Shown piece by piece: positions 26,847-36,147 of a stretch of 64,000 nt of DNA. The DNA comes from Candidatus Hadarchaeum sp. (GTDB lineage: Archaea > Hadarchaeota > Hadarchaeia > Hadarchaeales > Hadarchaeaceae): contig DYTO01000002.1 of NCBI GenBank assembly GCA_020725895.1, positions 3,966 to 67,965 of the forward strand. The letters run 5' to 3'. The notes beneath the pieces were generated by a model. The model saw only the letters and a list, made by a program, of their open reading frames with translations, did not search any database and had not been told where the DNA came from. Both the position numbers and the translations under genes were made by a program. Every line of letters begins with the position of its first letter. Position 1 is the first letter of the stretch.

Positions 26847-28115
26847 ATGCCAAAGCCGCACGTCAACCTAGTTTTCATAGGGCACGTTGACCACGGCAAG
26901 TCCACGCTTGTGGGCAGGATACTCGTCGAGATGGGGATGGTCAGGGAGGAGGACATCCGCAAGTTCGAGGCGATGGGAGACAAGGGGAAGACGTTCAAGT
27001 TCGCGTGGGTCATGGACCGCGAGAAGGAGGAGCGTGAGAGGGGGCTCACGATCGACATCGCATACCAGAAGCTCGAGACCCAGAAGAACTTCATAACTAT
27101 CATCGACGCGCCGGGGCACCGCGACTTCGTCAAGAACATGATCACAGGCGCTAGCCAGGCGGACGCCGCGGTCCTTGTCGTGGCGGCCGACGACGGCATA
27201 ATGCCGCAGACCCGCGAGCATGCGGCGTTGTCGTTCACTCTTGGAGTTGATCAGTTGATCATCGCGATCAACAAGATGGACACCGTCGACTTCAAGCAGG
27301 ATGTTTACAACAAGATAAAGGGTGAACTCTCTGCCCTCCTGACTGGGATAGGATACAGAAATGTTGAAAAGTTCCCGTTCGTCCCGATTTCCGCTTTTCA
27401 CGGAGTGAACATCTCGAAGACTAGCACGAATCTGCAATGGTACAAGGGCCTGACTTTGATTCAGGCGATGGAAGGCCTGATGGAGCCGGAGAAACCGATC
27501 AACAAGCCACTCAGGATTCCGATACAGGATATTTTTTCCGTGACCGGGATCGGCACGGTCCCGATAGGCCGCGTCGAAACTGGTGTTGTGAAAGTTGGTG
27601 ACACCCTGATTTTCGAGCCAGCCGGGGTGAAAGGCGAGGTGAAGTCGATAGAGATGCACCACGAGCAAATTCAGAAGGCGGTCCCCGGCGACAACATAGG
27701 TTTCAACGTGAGGGGAGTGAACCGAGAACAGCTGAGGAGAGGGGACGTCGCGGGACACGCGGACAAGCCCCCGAACGTAGCGACCGAGTTCACGGCCAAG
27801 ATAGTCGTGCTGGCGACGCCGACTGATATAACCGCCGGTTTCACGCCTCTTTTTCACTGCCATGCGGCTCACGAGCCCGGGAAGATTTTGGAAATAGTAC
27901 AGAAGATCGACCCGAAGACAGGAGGCGTCACGGAGGAAAAGCCGAGCAGCCTCAAGAAGGGTGACGCCGGGGTCATCAGGGTTTCCTTGCTGAAACCAAT
28001 GGTCCTGGAGAAGGCGAGTGATGTTTCTGAGCTCAGCAGATTCGCGGTGAGGCACGGTGGACAGACGGTCGCAGCCGGGATTTGTGTCGACACAGTTTCG
28101 CTGAAGCGCAGTTAA
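26847..28115 (+). CDS. elongation factor 1-alpha paralog (second copy; divergent domain III and C-terminus)
   Basis: 422 aa with a full GTPase domain, [14 protein letters not shown] and NKMD. It is roughly 65-70% identical to the canonical copy at 45015..46283 and shares a 143-nt identical tract with it. The HxHTAQ block is altered to HCHAAHEPGK. Confidence 0.85.
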   Translation: MPKPHVNLVFIGHVDHGKSTLVGRILVEMGMVREEDIRKFEAMGDKGKTFKFAWVMDREKEERERGLTIDIAYQKLETQKNFITIIDAPGHRDFVKNMITGASQADAAVLVVAADDGIMPQTREHAALSFTLGVDQLIIAINKMDTVDFKQDVYNKIKGELSALLTGIGYRNVEKFPFVPISAFHGVNISKTSTNLQWYKGLTLIQAMEGLMEPEKPINKPLRIPIQDIFSVTGIGTVPIGRVETGVVKVGDTLIFEPAGVKGEVKSIEMHHEQIQKAVPGDNIGFNVRGVNREQLRRGDVAGHADKPPNVATEFTAKIVVLATPTDITAGFTPLFHCHAAHEPGKILEIVQKIDPKTGGVTEEKPSSLKKGDAGVIRVSLLKPMVLEKASDVSELSRFAVRHGGQTVAAGICVDTVSLKRS

Positions 28116-28124
28116 AAAAATCGA

Positions 28125-28271
28125 TTATGCTTTCGGCTCTTTTGATTTTGGCCTGAGTCCATGGTACCCGCATTTCCTGCACTTCTCTGCACGCCAAGGA
28201 TTCTTGGCGTTGCACCTCATGCAGACCTTCAGATGGAAGAGCCTCTGTTCGGCGACATCAAACTTTGCCAT
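28125..28271 (-). CDS. rpl40e: 50S ribosomal protein L40e
   Basis: A 48-aa ORF not in the supplied track, reading [48 protein letters not shown]. The C4 zinc ribbon is typical of L40e. Confidence 0.8.
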   Translation of the reverse strand: MAKFDVAEQRLFHLKVCMRCNAKNPWRAEKCRKCGYHGLRPKSKEPKA

Positions 28272-28274
28272 CGA

Positions 28275-29153
28275 TTATCGTCTCCGCACTTCCCTAAATA
28301 CCTCTGGTAGTTTAAGTATGACGTCCGATGCAATGAATTCGTAACCCTTCTCCCCGAGGCAAAGGTCGCCCGCGCGCCCGCAGACCCATGCGCCTGCAGT
28401 CGCAGCCTTGAATGGGTCGGCGCCCTGCGCCAGAAAAGTCCCGACAATCCCAGTCAACACGTCCCCAGTCCCGCCTACAGTCATGCCCGGGTTTCCTGTG
28501 TGGTTTAGTTTCGTACGAGTCGGCGAAGCGATCACGTCCACGTGAGATTTCAAGAGCACGGTACAGCCTATTTTTTTGGCGAAATCTTTCACAATCCTCA
28601 CCCTCGCATCGAGTCCCGACGGCAGCGTGATCCCAGAAAGCGTCCTGAACTCCCCGCCGTGCGGCGTCAAGACCCAGGGCATCCCCTTCACGACTTCTAT
28701 TTTTTTAGACAAGGCTTTCAGCGCATCGGCATCGAACAGCGCGGGTTTTCTCAGCTTTCTCAGCTCGCCAGCGATCCTCAGAACAGCCTTTTCGGTTGCC
28801 GGATTTTCCCCAAGCCCCGGACCGACCACCACGGCATTCGCTTTTTCGATCTTTGCGATGACATCGCCCAGCGCCGACGGTTCCAAGTCCTCACATTTCA
28901 GCTTGATCGTGGTGATGTCCGGCGAAATTGAGTTCATGACCCAGGCCGCCTTTTCGGGCGCCGCTATCGTGGCCAGGTCAATACCAGACCTCAGCGCCGC
29001 CAGCGCGGAAAGCACAGGCGCCCCCACATATCTCGAGCCCCCCCCGATGATCAAAAGCCGGCCGTAGTCCCCTTTGTGGGTATCGGACCTCCTTTTAGGC
29101 AAAATTTCCAACACATCCATCTTGCAAGCGCTTTTTTCACCCATTTCTCTCAA
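28275..29153 (-). CDS. nnr: ADP-dependent NAD(P)H-hydrate dehydratase (YjeF C-terminal/Nnr2 family)
   Basis: HKGDYGRLLIIGGG, GPGLG, LTPHGGEF and GDVLTG are present. Confidence 0.85.
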   Translation of the reverse strand: MREMGEKSACKMDVLEILPKRRSDTHKGDYGRLLIIGGGSRYVGAPVLSALAALRSGIDLATIAAPEKAAWVMNSISPDITTIKLKCEDLEPSALGDVIAKIEKANAVVVGPGLGENPATEKAVLRIAGELRKLRKPALFDADALKALSKKIEVVKGMPWVLTPHGGEFRTLSGITLPSGLDARVRIVKDFAKKIGCTVLLKSHVDVIASPTRTKLNHTGNPGMTVGGTGDVLTGIVGTFLAQGADPFKAATAGAWVCGRAGDLCLGEKGYEFIASDVILKLPEVFREVRRR

Positions 29154-29201
29154 AATCAGTTGCAGGGCAAGGAATAAAACTTCAACTGTTCATTTTCTTC
29201 T

Positions 29202-30575
29202 ATGCGCAAACAGAAGATTACGAAGACGTCAAAATGGAACGGGGTAGGCCCGAAAGTAGTGGTGGATATCCCCGGCCCCCGTGCGAAAAAGATAGTCGAG
29301 CGCGACAGCAAGGTGATGTCCCCCTCCTACACGCGCGCGGAGGCGATAGTTGCCAGCGATGGCTGGGGCTGCTACGTGCGCGACGTCGACGGGAACGTCC
29401 TGCTTGACCTTTCCTCCGGGATGTTCGTCCTGAACTACGGTTATTCACACCCGCGCCTGATCACGGCGGTCGAGCGCCAGATGAAGAAGCTCACTCACTT
29501 CGCTGGTACTGACTTTTACTACGAGTCGCAGGTCGAGCTCGCGGAGAGGCTCACAAAGATCACACCGGGAAACTTTTCGAAGAGGGTCTACTTCGGAAAC
29601 AGCGGGGCCGAGTCGGTGGAGGCGGCGTTCAAGTGCGCGAGATGGCACACGCGCCGGCCGCGGATAATCTCTTACACCGGCGCATTCCACGGGAGGACAT
29701 TCGGCGCCATGAGCCTTTCGTCCGCGAACGTCCTTCACCACAGGAACTTCTCGCCATTGGTGCCGGGCGTCAGCTTCATGCCCTATCCATACTGTTACCG
29801 CTGCCCGTTCGGCAAGGAGTGCCCTGACTGCGGCTTTGCGTGCATAGACTTCATTAGGGACCAGCTCAGGAAGGTCGTCCCTCCGGAGGAAGTGGCGGCA
29901 GTCATAACCGAGCCCATCCAGGGAACTTCGGGATACATCGTCCCGCCCGACGGATATTTCAACGAGATCAAAAAGCTCTGCGAGGAGAACGATTGGATTT
30001 TCATAGCCGACGAGATCCAGACTGGACTCGGGCGCACGGGCAAGATGTTCGCGATGGAGCACTGGGGAGTCGTCCCCGACATCGTCTGCATCGCGAAGGC
30101 GCTCTCGGGCGGCATCGCGCCAATCGGGGCGACCATCGCGAAGGCCAAGGTCATGGACTGGGAGCCGGGCGCGCACGCCTCGACTTTCGGCGGGAACCTC
30201 GTCGCATGCGCGGCGGCTATCGAAGGCATGAAGATAATCGAGGAGCAAAATCTGGTGAAGAATGCTGCGAAGATGGGAGACTACATGTTCAAGCGCCTGA
30301 AGGAACTCGAGGAGAAATCCAAGCTGATCGGAGAGGTCAGGGGGAAGGGTCTCCTTCTCGGGTTGGAGATGGTCAAGGACAAGCGCACGAAGGAGCGCGC
30401 TCCAAAGGAGAGGAACATGCTGGTCGAAGAGGCCCTGAGGCGTGGGCTGATAGTTTTCCGCGGCGGCCGCTCGGTCATCAGGATAGCCCCGCCGTTGATA
30501 ATCCAGCCGGAAGAGCTGGAGCTCGGCCTGAACATCTTCGAGGAATCCCTGCGAGAGGTAGAGCGCAAAGTTTGA
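29202..30575 (+). CDS. class-III PLP-dependent aminotransferase (ArgD/DapC/GabT-like)
   Basis: 457 aa with the AT-III fold. The lysine is in the context of ..DEIQTGLGRTGKMFA.. It is the first gene of the lys operon. Confidence 0.8.
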   Translation: MRKQKITKTSKWNGVGPKVVVDIPGPRAKKIVERDSKVMSPSYTRAEAIVASDGWGCYVRDVDGNVLLDLSSGMFVLNYGYSHPRLITAVERQMKKLTHFAGTDFYYESQVELAERLTKITPGNFSKRVYFGNSGAESVEAAFKCARWHTRRPRIISYTGAFHGRTFGAMSLSSANVLHHRNFSPLVPGVSFMPYPYCYRCPFGKECPDCGFACIDFIRDQLRKVVPPEEVAAVITEPIQGTSGYIVPPDGYFNEIKKLCEENDWIFIADEIQTGLGRTGKMFAMEHWGVVPDIVCIAKALSGGIAPIGATIAKAKVMDWEPGAHASTFGGNLVACAAAIEGMKIIEEQNLVKNAAKMGDYMFKRLKELEEKSKLIGEVRGKGLLLGLEMVKDKRTKERAPKERNMLVEEALRRGLIVFRGGRSVIRIAPPLIIQPEELELGLNIFEESLREVERKV

Positions 30576-30593
30576 TCGAAGACAGGTGAAAAA

Positions 30594-31904
30594 ATGCTCA
30601 TACTCAAATCTCACTTCAAGTCCAGAAACGGGAACCTGATCATCGGTGAGCTCGATGTCGTCGAGCTCGCGAAGAGGTTCGGGACCCCGCTTTACGTGAT
30701 GGACGAGCAGCGCATCCGCGAGAAGTACAGAAAGTTTTACGCGGCGTTTTCAAGCAGATGGCCAAGTGTCCTCGTCTGCTACGCTTTGAAGGCCAACTCC
30801 AACTTGGCGATCGCCAAGATATTGAAGAGCGAGGGGGCAGGCGCGGACGTGAGCTCCGACAACGAGATGAGGATCGCTCTCCAAGCAGGCGTCCCAGGAA
30901 CGAAGATGGTCTTCAACGGCAACCACAAGAGCCCGTCGGAGTTGAAGCTGGCGATAGAGAACAACGTCATGATAAACGTAGACAGTTTCCAGGAGCTGGA
31001 AGCGATCGAAGCCATCACGTCCAAATTAAAGCTCCGAGCCAGGATCAGCTTCCGGGTTAACCCGGACGTCCAGGCGTCCACCCATCCTTACATCGCCACG
31101 GGGCTGAGGGAAAGCAAGTTCGGTTTCGACGTGGCGAGTGGACAGGCCTTCAGCGCGTACAGGCGCGCTCTCGACATGAACAACGTCGAGGTCGTCGGGA
31201 TGCACGCGAACATAGGTTCTCAGATTCTGGAACCCGAGCCCTTCGAGGAAGAGGCCAGGAAGCTGATGGCTCTTGTCGTGGAGCTGAAAGAGAAACTGAA
31301 CGTCTTCATCTCCGTGATGGACTTCGGCGGCGGGATAGGCATACCCTACAAGCCCGAGGAGAAGGAACTGGACCCGAACGTCGTCGCCGAGCGCATGGTC
31401 TCCGTGGTCAAGAGCGTGACGGAGGAGAAGGACCTGCCGAAGCCCACGCTGATGTTCGAGCCGGGCAGGTACATGGTCGGAGATTCGGGCGTGCTTCTGA
31501 CGAAGGTCGGGTACACGAAGGAGCGACCCGGAATCCCAACGTGGATTTTCATCGACGCCGGGATGAACGCTTTGATAAGGCCAGCGCTTTACGGAGCATA
31601 CCATCACATCGAGGTCGCGAACAAGCTCGAGAACAAGAATGATTTCGAGTACAACGTCGGCGGCCCCCTTTGCGAGTCCGGCGATTTCCTAGGAAAGAAC
31701 CGAAAGCTGGCGAAGGTCGAGCAGAACGACTTGGTGGCGGTTTTTGACGTCGGGGCTTACGGCCTCGCGATGTCGAACCAGCACACGGCCCAGTCGCGGC
31801 CCGCGGTGGTCCTAGTCAACCGCAACAAGGCGGAGATAGTCAGGAAGAGGGAGACTTTCGAAGATTTGACGAGGCTGGATCAGATCCCGGAGTGGCTGAA
31901 ATGA
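30594..31904 (+). CDS. lysA: diaminopimelate decarboxylase
   Basis: A fold-III PLP decarboxylase with YALKAN, GGGIGIPY and CESGD. It is adjacent to lysC, dapA and dapB. Confidence 0.85.
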   Translation: MLILKSHFKSRNGNLIIGELDVVELAKRFGTPLYVMDEQRIREKYRKFYAAFSSRWPSVLVCYALKANSNLAIAKILKSEGAGADVSSDNEMRIALQAGVPGTKMVFNGNHKSPSELKLAIENNVMINVDSFQELEAIEAITSKLKLRARISFRVNPDVQASTHPYIATGLRESKFGFDVASGQAFSAYRRALDMNNVEVVGMHANIGSQILEPEPFEEEARKLMALVVELKEKLNVFISVMDFGGGIGIPYKPEEKELDPNVVAERMVSVVKSVTEEKDLPKPTLMFEPGRYMVGDSGVLLTKVGYTKERPGIPTWIFIDAGMNALIRPALYGAYHHIEVANKLENKNDFEYNVGGPLCESGDFLGKNRKLAKVEQNDLVAVFDVGAYGLAMSNQHTAQSRPAVVLVNRNKAEIVRKRETFEDLTRLDQIPEWLK

Positions 31905-33130
31905 AACGCATTGTCGTGAAATTCGGCGGCACAAGCGTGGGGAACCTTAATCGCGTCCGGAAGGATGCAGAGGCAGTCTACCGGGAGTTCAAGAAGGGCA
32001 ACCAGATCGCGGTCGTCGTCTCTGCGATGGGGCACACGACGGACGCGCTGATTGACGCGGCGAAGAAAATACTCGGGAACGTCAGCAACAAGGAGATGGA
32101 TTTCATCATGGCGTTGGGGGAGCGATCAAGCGCGAGCATTTTCTCGGCGGCCCTGAGGAGCCTCGGCGCGAAGTCGAGGGCGGTCGACCCGAGCGAAGTC
32201 GAGTGGCCGGTCATCACGGACAGCAACCACAGGGCAGCGAACATAGACCTCCAGGAAACAACGCGCAGGGTTAGAAAGTACATCGAGCCGATGATAGAAT
32301 GCGGCACAATCCCCGTGATTTGCGGATTTCTCGGCAGGGACAGGAAGGGCGACATAACGACGATCGGAAGGGGGGGCAGCGACATAACGGGTTTCTTGAT
32401 AGGGAAATGCCTGGACGCGGACGAGGTCGTGATCGTCACGGACGTTGACGGCGTTATGACCGCAGACCCGAACAGCATCTCACGCGCGAAAGTCCTGCAG
32501 AAGGTAACAGTCGAGGAGATGCGGGACTTGGCAAGGTTCGGCGCCCAGGTCATGCACCCGCGTGCCATGGCGTACAAGGACCCGCACATTGACGCGAAAG
32601 TGATCAATTTCGCCAAGTACAATCTGTCCGCGCCGGGGACCACGATAACGGGCCCGAGCGAGGAGGAGTTCGTGGGAGTGAAGTTGCAGGACGAGCCGCT
32701 GGCGATGCTGACGGTGGTGGGCGAGGAGATGCAGACGACGCCCGGAGTTCTGGTGAAGACCTCGACGCCGGTGAGCAGGGCAGGGATAAACATTTTTGGA
32801 GTGTCAATCGGCCCCAGGTCGTTCTCGCTCTACGTCGCCGAGAGGGACGTCGACAGGGCCACGAAGCTCATCCATGACGTGATAATCAAGACGAAGAAGA
32901 TGAAGTCGATCACGGCCCAGAAGGGGCTTGCGATGGTTATAGCGGAGAGCGAGAGGTTCATATACACGCCGGGAGTGATCGCGAAGCTCACGATGCCGCT
33001 CTCTCAATCTGGTATAAACATCGTGGAGATATTGTCGAGCCGCGCCTCGATAAGTTTCTTCGTGGACTGGGAGGACAGGGAGAAGGCCTTGTCTTTATTT
33101 GAAAAGACCATGAAGGAGATTGTGAGCTGA
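31892..33130 (+). CDS. lysC: aspartate kinase
   Basis: VVKFGGTSVG at the N-terminus and ACT domains at the C-terminus. Confidence 0.9.
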   Translation: MAEMKRIVVKFGGTSVGNLNRVRKDAEAVYREFKKGNQIAVVVSAMGHTTDALIDAAKKILGNVSNKEMDFIMALGERSSASIFSAALRSLGAKSRAVDPSEVEWPVITDSNHRAANIDLQETTRRVRKYIEPMIECGTIPVICGFLGRDRKGDITTIGRGGSDITGFLIGKCLDADEVVIVTDVDGVMTADPNSISRAKVLQKVTVEEMRDLARFGAQVMHPRAMAYKDPHIDAKVINFAKYNLSAPGTTITGPSEEEFVGVKLQDEPLAMLTVVGEEMQTTPGVLVKTSTPVSRAGINIFGVSIGPRSFSLYVAERDVDRATKLIHDVIIKTKKMKSITAQKGLAMVIAESERFIYTPGVIAKLTMPLSQSGINIVEILSSRASISFFVDWEDREKALSLFEKTMKEIVS

Positions 33131-34012
33131 ATGTTCGAAGGCGCATTGACTGCGATGGTGACCCCGTTTGACAAGGAAGGTAACGTTGACGAGAAGGGCC
33201 TCAGAAAGAACGTCGAGTTCCAGATGAAGAAGGGGATAGATGGGCTTGTCCCCGTGGGCACTACTGGCGAGTGTGCCACAGTTTCTTACGAGGAGCACAA
33301 TCAGATAGTGGACATAGTCATCGATGCCGCGAGAGGCAGGGTGCCAGTCCTTCCCGGCACGGGGAGCAACAGCACATGGGAGGCGATAATGCTCACGAAG
33401 CACGCTGAGGAGGCCGGGGCCGACGGGGCGCTCCTCGTCTGCCCTTACTACAACAGGCCTACGCAGGCGGGGCTCTACGCTCACTTCAAGAAGATCGCTG
33501 AGGAGGTAGACATCCCGCAGATAATATACAACATCCCGTCGAGGACTGGCGTGAACATGCTTCCGGAGACGATGGCGAAGCTGGCGAAGCTGAGGAACGT
33601 CGCGGGGGTGAAGGAGGCGACGGGGGACATGAAGCAGGTGGCGAAGGTCATTGAGCTCACGAAGGGTAGCAATTTCCTCGTTACTTCGGGAAACGATTCG
33701 GACACTCTCGATGTCATAAGGCTCGGCGGCGTCGGCGTGATTTCCGTCGCTTCGAACATAATCCCCGACAGGGTGGTCGAGCTCGTGAAGGTCGCGCGCA
33801 GCGGGGACTTTGAGCGAGCGAAGAAGATCCACGACGAACTCACGCCGATTTTCAAGAACCTATTCATAGAGACGAACCCGGCGCCAGTGAAGACGGCGAT
33901 GAACTGGATGGGTCTGCCCGCGGGAGGGCTTAGGCTGCCTCTGGTGGGGATGCTGCCGGAGAACCAGAATATTTTGCGCGAAACTCTCGTGAAGGCTGGC
34001 TTGTTGAAATGA
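33131..34012 (+). CDS. dapA: 4-hydroxy-tetrahydrodipicolinate synthase
   Basis: MVTPF...VPVGTTGE and the conserved lysine region. Confidence 0.9.
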   Translation: MFEGALTAMVTPFDKEGNVDEKGLRKNVEFQMKKGIDGLVPVGTTGECATVSYEEHNQIVDIVIDAARGRVPVLPGTGSNSTWEAIMLTKHAEEAGADGALLVCPYYNRPTQAGLYAHFKKIAEEVDIPQIIYNIPSRTGVNMLPETMAKLAKLRNVAGVKEATGDMKQVAKVIELTKGSNFLVTSGNDSDTLDVIRLGGVGVISVASNIIPDRVVELVKVARSGDFERAKKIHDELTPIFKNLFIETNPAPVKTAMNWMGLPAGGLRLPLVGMLPENQNILRETLVKAGLLK

Positions 34013-34782
34013 TTAGCGTGGCTGTTGCAGGCGCTTGCGGGCGCATGGGTAAGATGATTGTTGGCCAGATTTCGAAGCAGAAGGACATGAAGCTCGTCGC
34101 GGCGATCGATGCTGACGATGCGCCGCAGCTCGGGAAGGATATCGGCGAGGTGGCCGGGTTTGGGAAGTTGGACGTCAAAGTGGTAGGCGCCAGCAAGATT
34201 GCGGAAGTTCTGAAAAAGTCGAAGCCGGACGTCTTGGTAGATTTCACAAGGGCCGAGGCCGCGGTCCAGAACGTCAAAGCCGCTTCGAAGTCAGGTGTCC
34301 ACGTCGTGGTGGGCACGACGGGGTTCACGGAGGAGCAGAAGAAGGAGATCGAAGGTGCGGTCAGGTCGGGAAAGATCAAGGCGGTGGTTTCTCCGAACAT
34401 GTCTGTCGGGGTCAACGTTTTTTTCAAGCAGGTCGGAGAGACCGCGAAGAAGTTAGGCAGGGATTACAAGGTCGAGATAGTGGAGGTCCATCACGTCCAC
34501 AAGAAGGACGCACCGAGCGGCACCGCAAAGAAGGCAGCGCAGATAATCGCGGAAGTCCTTAGCATCGCGGAGAGCGAGATTGAGATCAAGTCAGTCAGGG
34601 AGGGGGAAGTCGTGGGCGAGCACACAGTAATCTTCTCAAGCCCATGGGAGCAGGTAGAGGTCATCCACCGTGCGAAGAGCCGCGAGACTTTCGCCGCGGG
34701 CGTCGTGAGGGCCGTGAGATACCTGGCGAAATGTGGCAAGCTTGGAGAAATCCAAGACATGCAGGATGCACTAGGGTTGTAA
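34009..34782 (+). CDS. dapB: 4-hydroxy-tetrahydrodipicolinate reductase
   Basis: An N-terminal Rossmann motif, AVAGACGRMG, and the EVVEVHHVHKKDAPSGTA block. Confidence 0.9.
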   Translation: MISVAVAGACGRMGKMIVGQISKQKDMKLVAAIDADDAPQLGKDIGEVAGFGKLDVKVVGASKIAEVLKKSKPDVLVDFTRAEAAVQNVKAASKSGVHVVVGTTGFTEEQKKEIEGAVRSGKIKAVVSPNMSVGVNVFFKQVGETAKKLGRDYKVEIVEVHHVHKKDAPSGTAKKAAQIIAEVLSIAESEIEIKSVREGEVVGEHTVIFSSPWEQVEVIHRAKSRETFAAGVVRAVRYLAKCGKLGEIQDMQDALGL

Positions 34783-34791
34783 TTTTTTCAA

Positions 34792-34878
34792 TTATTTCTT
34801 GTGATAGGGGCAAGGCCGTCCACTCTTGCAGAACCTGCACTTGTCCTTGCCAGGTGGTTGTGGCAGAGGCCCGACCAT
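34792..34878 (-). CDS. possible 28-aa zinc-ribbon-like peptide
   Basis: An ATG-to-TAA ORF, MVGPLPQPPGKDKCRFCKSGRPCPYHKK, in the dapB-asd gap. Confidence 0.2.
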   Translation of the reverse strand: MVGPLPQPPGKDKCRFCKSGRPCPYHKK

Positions 34879-35007
34879 ATGTCCGTACTTCCTGCGCGGC
34901 AATCGATCACTAAAAAAACGTCGCGTCTGCCGTTATGAATATTGTGTTAACATTTTGTAAACGGTTGGTATTTTAAATCCCGCAATAATACGGTAAAAGG
35001 TGAAAGA

Positions 35008-36147
35008 ATGGAAAAAATCCCAGTGGCAATACTTGGAGCGACGGGCGAGGTCGGCCAGAACTTCGTGACGAACCTCCAGAACCACCCGTGGTTCGAGATC
35101 GCCGCGCTCTACGCCTCGGAGAGGTCGGCGGGGAAGAGCTATGCGGCCGCGATTGATTACGGCAAGGAGACTTCCAGATGGTTCTGTCACGAGAAGCCAC
35201 TTAAGAAAATCATGGACATCAAGGTCAAGAACGTCGACAAAGTCGACGCAGGCGAGTGCAAGCTCTTCTTCTCGGCGCTGCCCTCCGAGGTCGCGCTCGA
35301 GGCCGAGGGGAGGGTCGCGAAGGAAAAACCGGTCGTCAGCACAGCATCATCCTACCGATATTTCGAGGACAGCTTCACTTACCTGCCGGGCGTTAACGAG
35401 TCGCACACTAAGATGATAGAGATACAGCGCAAAAGTCGCGGCTGGAAGGGCTACGTCGTCCCGCAGCCGAACTGCACGACGATAGGCCTTGCGATGTCAT
35501 TGAAGCCAATTTACGACGAGTTCGGACTGAAGAGAGTCACGATGGCTTCGATGCAGGCAGTCTCGGGCGCCGGGTACGCCGCGATAGCGGAGTGGGCGAA
35601 GCAGAGGAAGACGATGGGAGGGGAGCTGCCGTGCGACATGCAAAACTTCGTCCAGAAGACTTTCGAAGGCAACGTCATCCCATACATCAAGGACGAGGAG
35701 TCCAAGGTCAAGAAAGAGACAGTCAAGCTCTTGGGGAAATTCTCCGGCGGGAAGATCGAGCCAGCGAAGTTCAAGGTCGCCTGCAAGTGCAACCGCGTCC
35801 CGGTGATCCACGGCCACACTGAGTCTGTCTTCATCGAGACGGTGGAGAAGTGCTTGGTGGACGACCTGAAGAGTGCCTGGAGGAGCTACAGGGGCGAGCT
35901 ACAGAAACTTGACCTGCCGCTCGCGCCGAAGCACCCGATAGTGGTGATGGACGAGGCGGACAGGCCGCAGCCCAGGTTCGACTCCTACGTCGAGAATGGC
36001 ATGGCCGCGGTGATCGGCGGCGTCGAGACTAACGTTTACGAGAACGGGTTCCAGTACACTGTTCTCTCGCACAACGTCGAGCTCGGCGCGGCGCGAGGAG
36101 CAGTCCTAGCGGGCGAGTTCCTGCACAAGACCGGACTGATAAAGTGA
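35008..36147 (+). CDS. asd: aspartate-semialdehyde dehydrogenase
   Basis: GATGEVGQ, the active-site PNCTT and a 379-aa archaeal-type ASADH. Confidence 0.9.
   Translation: MEKIPVAILGATGEVGQNFVTNLQNHPWFEIAALYASERSAGKSYAAAIDYGKETSRWFCHEKPLKKIMDIKVKNVDKVDAGECKLFFSALPSEVALEAEGRVAKEKPVVSTASSYRYFEDSFTYLPGVNESHTKMIEIQRKSRGWKGYVVPQPNCTTIGLAMSLKPIYDEFGLKRVTMASMQAVSGAGYAAIAEWAKQRKTMGGELPCDMQNFVQKTFEGNVIPYIKDEESKVKKETVKLLGKFSGGKIEPAKFKVACKCNRVPVIHGHTESVFIETVEKCLVDDLKSAWRSYRGELQKLDLPLAPKHPIVVMDEADRPQPRFDSYVENGMAAVIGGVETNVYENGFQYTVLSHNVELGAARGAVLAGEFLHKTGLIK

Noticed and set aside
26847-28115. Second EF-1alpha as a simple assembly duplication of tuf
   Set aside because: Outside the 143-nt tract the two genes differ at many synonymous and non-synonymous positions. 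They have different flanking genes and different C-terminal domain motifs. A collapsed repeat would not produce that.
28033-28447. ORF-track entries 28033-28215 and 28229-28447 (minus)
   Set aside because: They overlap the well-supported L40e gene at 28125-28271 in another frame, and overlap the nnr gene. L40e gives a textbook C4 zinc-ribbon sequence.
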